This document shows, piece after piece, positions 60,793 through 64,000 of a DNA stretch of 64,000 nucleotides. Each line of letters begins with the position of its first letter. Position 1 is the first letter of the stretch. A program made the position numbers and the translations under genes. Origin of the DNA: Thermoplasmata archaeon (GTDB lineage: Archaea > Thermoplasmatota > SW-10-69-26 > JACQPN01 > JAJPHT01); assembly GCA_034667685.1 (NCBI GenBank), contig JAXDQU010000012.1, positions 1 through 64,000 on the forward strand. Reading direction: 5' to 3'. The notes below the pieces were generated by a model that did no database searches, was not told where the DNA came from, and was given only the letters and a program-made list of their open reading frames with translations.

Positions 60793-61596
60793 GTGCAAGA
60801 GCGCCCGTTGGGCCGCAGCGGCATCCACGTCCCCGTCGTGGGCATGGGCACCTGGAAGACGTTCGACGTCGAGGGCGCGGCCCGGAACGCGCGGCGCCGG
60901 CTCGTGCGCGAGTCGCTGGACCTGGGCGTCTCGCTCTTCGACAGCAGCCCCATGTACGGCGCGGCGGAGGAGGTCCTCGCCGACGCGCTGAAGAACGACC
61001 GCGAGGAGGCGATCGTGGCGACCAAGGTCTGGGCCGCGAGCGCGGAGGAGGGGCGCCGCCAGATCGACCGCGCGCTCCAGTGGTACGAGGGCGTCGTCGA
61101 GATCTACCAGGTGCACAACCTGCGCCTCTGGCAGGAGCACCTCAAGGAGCTGGAGCAGCGCAAGAAGCGCGACGAGGTGCGCGCGATCGGCGCCACGCAC
61201 TACAACAGCGCGGCGTTCCACGAGCTCGAGGAGGTCATGCGCACCGGCCGCCTCGACATGATCCAGGTCCCGTACAACCTCATCGACCGCAAGGTGGAGG
61301 AGAAGGTCCTCCCGCTCGCCGAGAAGATGGGGCTGGGCGTGCTCGTCATGGAGCCGCTGGGCACGGGCGTCCTGGCGCGCAAGGCTCCGCCCGAGGAGAC
61401 GTGGCAGCCCTTCGCCGACGAGGAGGTCGCCACGTGGGCGCAGGTCTGCCTGAAGTGGATCCTCTCGGACCCGCGCGTCTCGTCCATCATCCCGGCGACC
61501 TCCTCGTCCGAGCACCTGCAGGAGAACGCGGCCGTGGGCGGCGGCACGTGGTACGACGAGAAGGAGCGCGCGGCCATCGCGGATCTGCTGCGGTGA
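60793..61596 (+). CDS. Aldo/keto reductase
   Basis: GMGTW, FDSSPMYG, ATKVW, YQVHN, QVPYN, IIPAT. Confidence 0.93.
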   Translation: MQERPLGRSGIHVPVVGMGTWKTFDVEGAARNARRRLVRESLDLGVSLFDSSPMYGAAEEVLADALKNDREEAIVATKVWAASAEEGRRQIDRALQWYEGVVEIYQVHNLRLWQEHLKELEQRKKRDEVRAIGATHYNSAAFHELEEVMRTGRLDMIQVPYNLIDRKVEEKVLPLAEKMGLGVLVMEPLGTGVLARKAPPEETWQPFADEEVATWAQVCLKWILSDPRVSSIIPATSSSEHLQENAAVGGGTWYDEKERAAIADLLR

Positions 61597-61670
61597 CCGC
61601 CATCATCCGAAGGCCGACGATCGGAAGCTCCGACGATTGCATGCCTCGTGTCTGGGCGCGCTCGCGCGGA

Positions 61671-61812
61671 AAACGACGGAACCTCCGCCCGTGACCCCCG
61701 TTGGAAACCCGAGAACCCGCGGACCCGACGACCCGAATCCAAAGATCGGGTTTCTCGGGTCCGCGGGTCCGCGGGTTTTCGCCCAGGTCACGAGGCGGAG
61801 ATTCCGTCGTTT
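61671..61812. repeat. Palindrome with ACCCGNGG-type octamer units
   Basis: aaacgacggaa.ctccgcc...ggcggag.ttccgtcgttt arms; inner acccgaga/acccgcgg/acccgacg units versus cgggt units. Confidence 0.88.
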
Positions 61813-61880
61813 GCCGCCGGCCTTCGCGGGGCCCCCGCCGATCCGAAATCGCATTACCCGAAGCGCGCTCTCCCGGCGGC

Positions 61881-62657
61881 GTGGCCCCCAAGGAGCCCTC
61901 CACGCTCCCCGAACTGCAGGCGACGCACAAGTCCGCGCCGCGCAGCCGGCTCTCGAAGCCCGCGGGCGAGGCGGACGAGCACTCGGCCGTGCGCAACTAC
62001 GTGCGCGACCTCATCCTCGGCTTCAACGACGGCCTCGTCTCGGTCTACGCGATCACCGCGGGCGTCGCGGGCGCGGCGCTGGGCACGCGCGAGATCGCCA
62101 TCGCGGGCACCGCGGCGGGCGTGGCGGGGGCGCTTTCGATGGGCCTCGGTGAATACCTCTCCACGAAGTCGCAGGGCGAGTATTACGCGAGCGAGGCGAA
62201 GCGGGAGCGCGACCACATCGCCAAGTATCCCAAGCTCGAGCGCGAGGAGCTCCACGACATGCTCGCGAAGAAGGATTACCCGCCCGAGATGATCCCGCGC
62301 CTCGTCGACCACATCGCGGGAGACGCCGACCGCTTCGTGGACTTCATGATGCGCGAGGAGTTCGGCGTGGGCCAGGAGAGCGACCGCAGCCCGTTCGTCG
62401 CGATGGGGCTCGTCATGCTCGCGTTCGTCGTGGGCGCGCTGATCCCGCTTGCCCCCTACTTCCTCGTCCGCTCGGCGGGCGCGGGCCTCGCCGTGAGCAC
62501 CGTCCTGGCGCTCGCGGGCCTCTTCGTCGCGGGCAGCGTGAAGAACGTGACCGCGGGCCTGCGCTGGTGGAAGGGCGGGATCGAGATGCTGGCCCTGGGC
62601 GCGCTCGCGGCGCTCATCACGTACGGCGTGGGCCTGCTCTTCCACGTGACCGCCTAA
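61881..62657 (+). CDS. VIT1/CCC1-family Fe/Mn transporter
   Basis: RDLILGFNDGLVS, AGALSMGLGEYLS, GALIPLAPY. Confidence 0.93.
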   Translation: MAPKEPSTLPELQATHKSAPRSRLSKPAGEADEHSAVRNYVRDLILGFNDGLVSVYAITAGVAGAALGTREIAIAGTAAGVAGALSMGLGEYLSTKSQGEYYASEAKRERDHIAKYPKLEREELHDMLAKKDYPPEMIPRLVDHIAGDADRFVDFMMREEFGVGQESDRSPFVAMGLVMLAFVVGALIPLAPYFLVRSAGAGLAVSTVLALAGLFVAGSVKNVTAGLRWWKGGIEMLALGALAALITYGVGLLFHVTA

Positions 62658-62660
62658 GGT

Positions 62661-62870
62661 GATATCACGGACGACGACCTGCTCTCCGACCGACGCTCGC
62701 GCGCGCCCTGCTGGAGAGCGCGGCGGGCGCCACGGCGCTTGTCGACGAGCGCGGCGTCATCGTGCTGGTCAACCAGCGGGCCGAGCGCCTCTTCGGCCAT
62801 CCGCGGGACGAGATGCTCGGCAAGCCCATCGAGGCGCTGATGCCGGCGCGTGCGGGCGGGTGGAGCGTTG
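62661..62870 (+). pseudogene. PAS-domain fragment
   Basis: ARALLESAAGATALVDERGVIVLVNQRAERLFGHPRDEMLGKPIEALMP, truncated by the repeat. Confidence 0.75.
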
Positions 62871-62876
62871 ACGACG

Positions 62877-62959
62877 AGGCTCTGGGCTCAGGGCTCGGGG
62901 CTCCCGGTTTGCTCTGCCCCCGGAGAGCCCCGAGCCCTGAGTCCTGAGCCCAGAGCCCT
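62877..62959. repeat. Heptamer palindrome, type B
   Basis: Spacer cccggtttgctctgccccggag, same orientation as the other type B copies. Confidence 0.9.
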
Positions 62960-62991
62960 GAAGTCTCTCCAGCGCCCCGCCCCACCCAATG

Positions 62992-63000
62992 GTTAAATAG
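62992..63000 (+). promoter_or_regulatory. Putative TATA box of rpl37e
   Basis: GGTTAAATA, AT-rich patch about 45 nt upstream of the ATG. Confidence 0.5.
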
Positions 63001-63041
63001 GAGGCTTTCATTCGGCGCGCTATCCGCCCGGGTGAAATTCC

Positions 63042-63209
63042 ATGTCCAAGGGAACCTCCTCGAAGGGCAAGTTCCACACGCCCAACCACATCCGCTGCCG
63101 CCGCTGCGGGCGCCACGCGTACCACATCCAGAAGCACCGCTGCGCTTCGTGCGGCTTCGGCGCCACCGCGAAGCTGCGCTCCTACGCCTGGGCGAAGCTG
63201 AAGAAGTGA
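63042..63209 (+). CDS. rpl37e: 50S ribosomal protein L37e (absent from the ORF track)
   Basis: MSKGTSSKGK...HIRCRRCGRHAYH...CASCGFG. Confidence 0.96.
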   Translation: MSKGTSSKGKFHTPNHIRCRRCGRHAYHIQKHRCASCGFGATAKLRSYAWAKLKK

Positions 63210-63222
63210 GGCGGACGGGCCC

Positions 63223-64000
63223 ATGGCCCGCAAGCCCCGGCGGAAGGCGGCGCTGCGAAGCGCCAGCAAGACACGCGAGGCCGACCTGCTCGCCAGCGCG
63301 CGCGCCCTCGCGGAGGACCCCTCGCTCGCCATTCCCATTTGCGAGGGGCCCTGCGTCCTGTTCTCGCCCGTGAAGGCGGCGCAGCGCGCGATTCCGAAGA
63401 TCCACGCCGCGCGCGACGACGAGGCGAAGCTCCTCGCGTACGCCAAGCGCGGCAACGACCTCGCGCGCGCCTACGCCGCCACGCTCCTCCTGGCCAAGGG
63501 CGAGAGCGTCCCCTACCTGGCCGAGCTTCGCGTGCCGATGGGCAACGCGCCGTACGTGGTGCGCGGCAAGGCCAAGCCGTTCTTCGTCGCGGGACTCCAG
63601 AACCACCAGGACCGCGCGCTGCGCCTGCTGGCGCTCATGCCGTGGGTGAAGAAGCGCGGGCTCCACGTCTTCAGCGCCGACCGCGGCCTGGTCTGCACGG
63701 GCCGCCGCGCCGCGCCACCGAAGGACTTCGTCGAGGAGGAGATGGACGAGCTGGGCCTCCTGGAGACGAATCCCGCGGCGTGGACGTGCGGACACCAGGG
63801 CCGCGACGCGCTCAAGCTCACGTGGCGCGACGCCGGCCTTGCGCTGACGCGCTGCCAGGAGTGCTGCGCCGAGGGCTCGACGCTGGAGCGCCTGCTGCGC
63901 CACATGGCGGGGCCGAAGCTCCTCGCGGGCTTCGAGGTGGGCGCCGAGCTGGCTCCGCTCGAAGGCGCGCAGGCCGAGGCCGTCGCGCTCGACGAGGCCA
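63223..64000 (+). CDS. Hypothetical protein, truncated by the window end
   Basis: Open frame MARKPRRK... running to the end, native codons, Cys motifs. Confidence 0.75.
   Translation, partial: MARKPRRKAALRSASKTREADLLASARALAEDPSLAIPICEGPCVLFSPVKAAQRAIPKIHAARDDEAKLLAYAKRGNDLARAYAATLLLAKGESVPYLAELRVPMGNAPYVVRGKAKPFFVAGLQNHQDRALRLLALMPWVKKRGLHVFSADRGLVCTGRRAAPPKDFVEEEMDELGLLETNPAAWTCGHQGRDALKLTWRDAGLALTRCQECCAEGSTLERLLRHMAGPKLLAGFEVGAELAPLEGAQAEAVALDEA

Overview
Very GC-rich archaeal chromosome segment. Archaeal markers are rps17e, rpl37e, Lsm, deoxyhypusine synthase, PurP, archaeal-type RibB/RibL/RibC/RibH, RPA with its partner, and HerA-Mre11-Rad50. These occur with bacterial-type GrpE/DnaK and non-acidic proteins, which best fits a non-halophilic, Thermoplasmatota-like lineage (inference). 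About 55 housekeeping and accessory CDS are supported. I found no rRNA, tRNA, CRISPR array, integrase or transposase. The unexplained structure is mostly non-coding. (1) About 15 intergenic palindromes are built from 6-9 nt tandem units of several families, and some come in oriented left/right pairs bracketing single genes like cassettes. (2) A ~870 nt hairpin-dense non-coding block at ~44.9-45.8 kb looks like a large structured RNA or ssDNA element. (3) Diverged copies of the 3' ends of purP and lsm sit just downstream of each gene. (4) An AT-rich octamer, TGATAKCA, recurs 15 times and forces rare codons inside conserved genes. Coding highlights are a membrane Ser/Thr kinase + HTH-FHA regulator + lipoprotein module, and a Hod/AqdC-like cofactor-free dioxygenase. 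Start codons were chosen by eye, and family calls come from motif recognition, not database searches.
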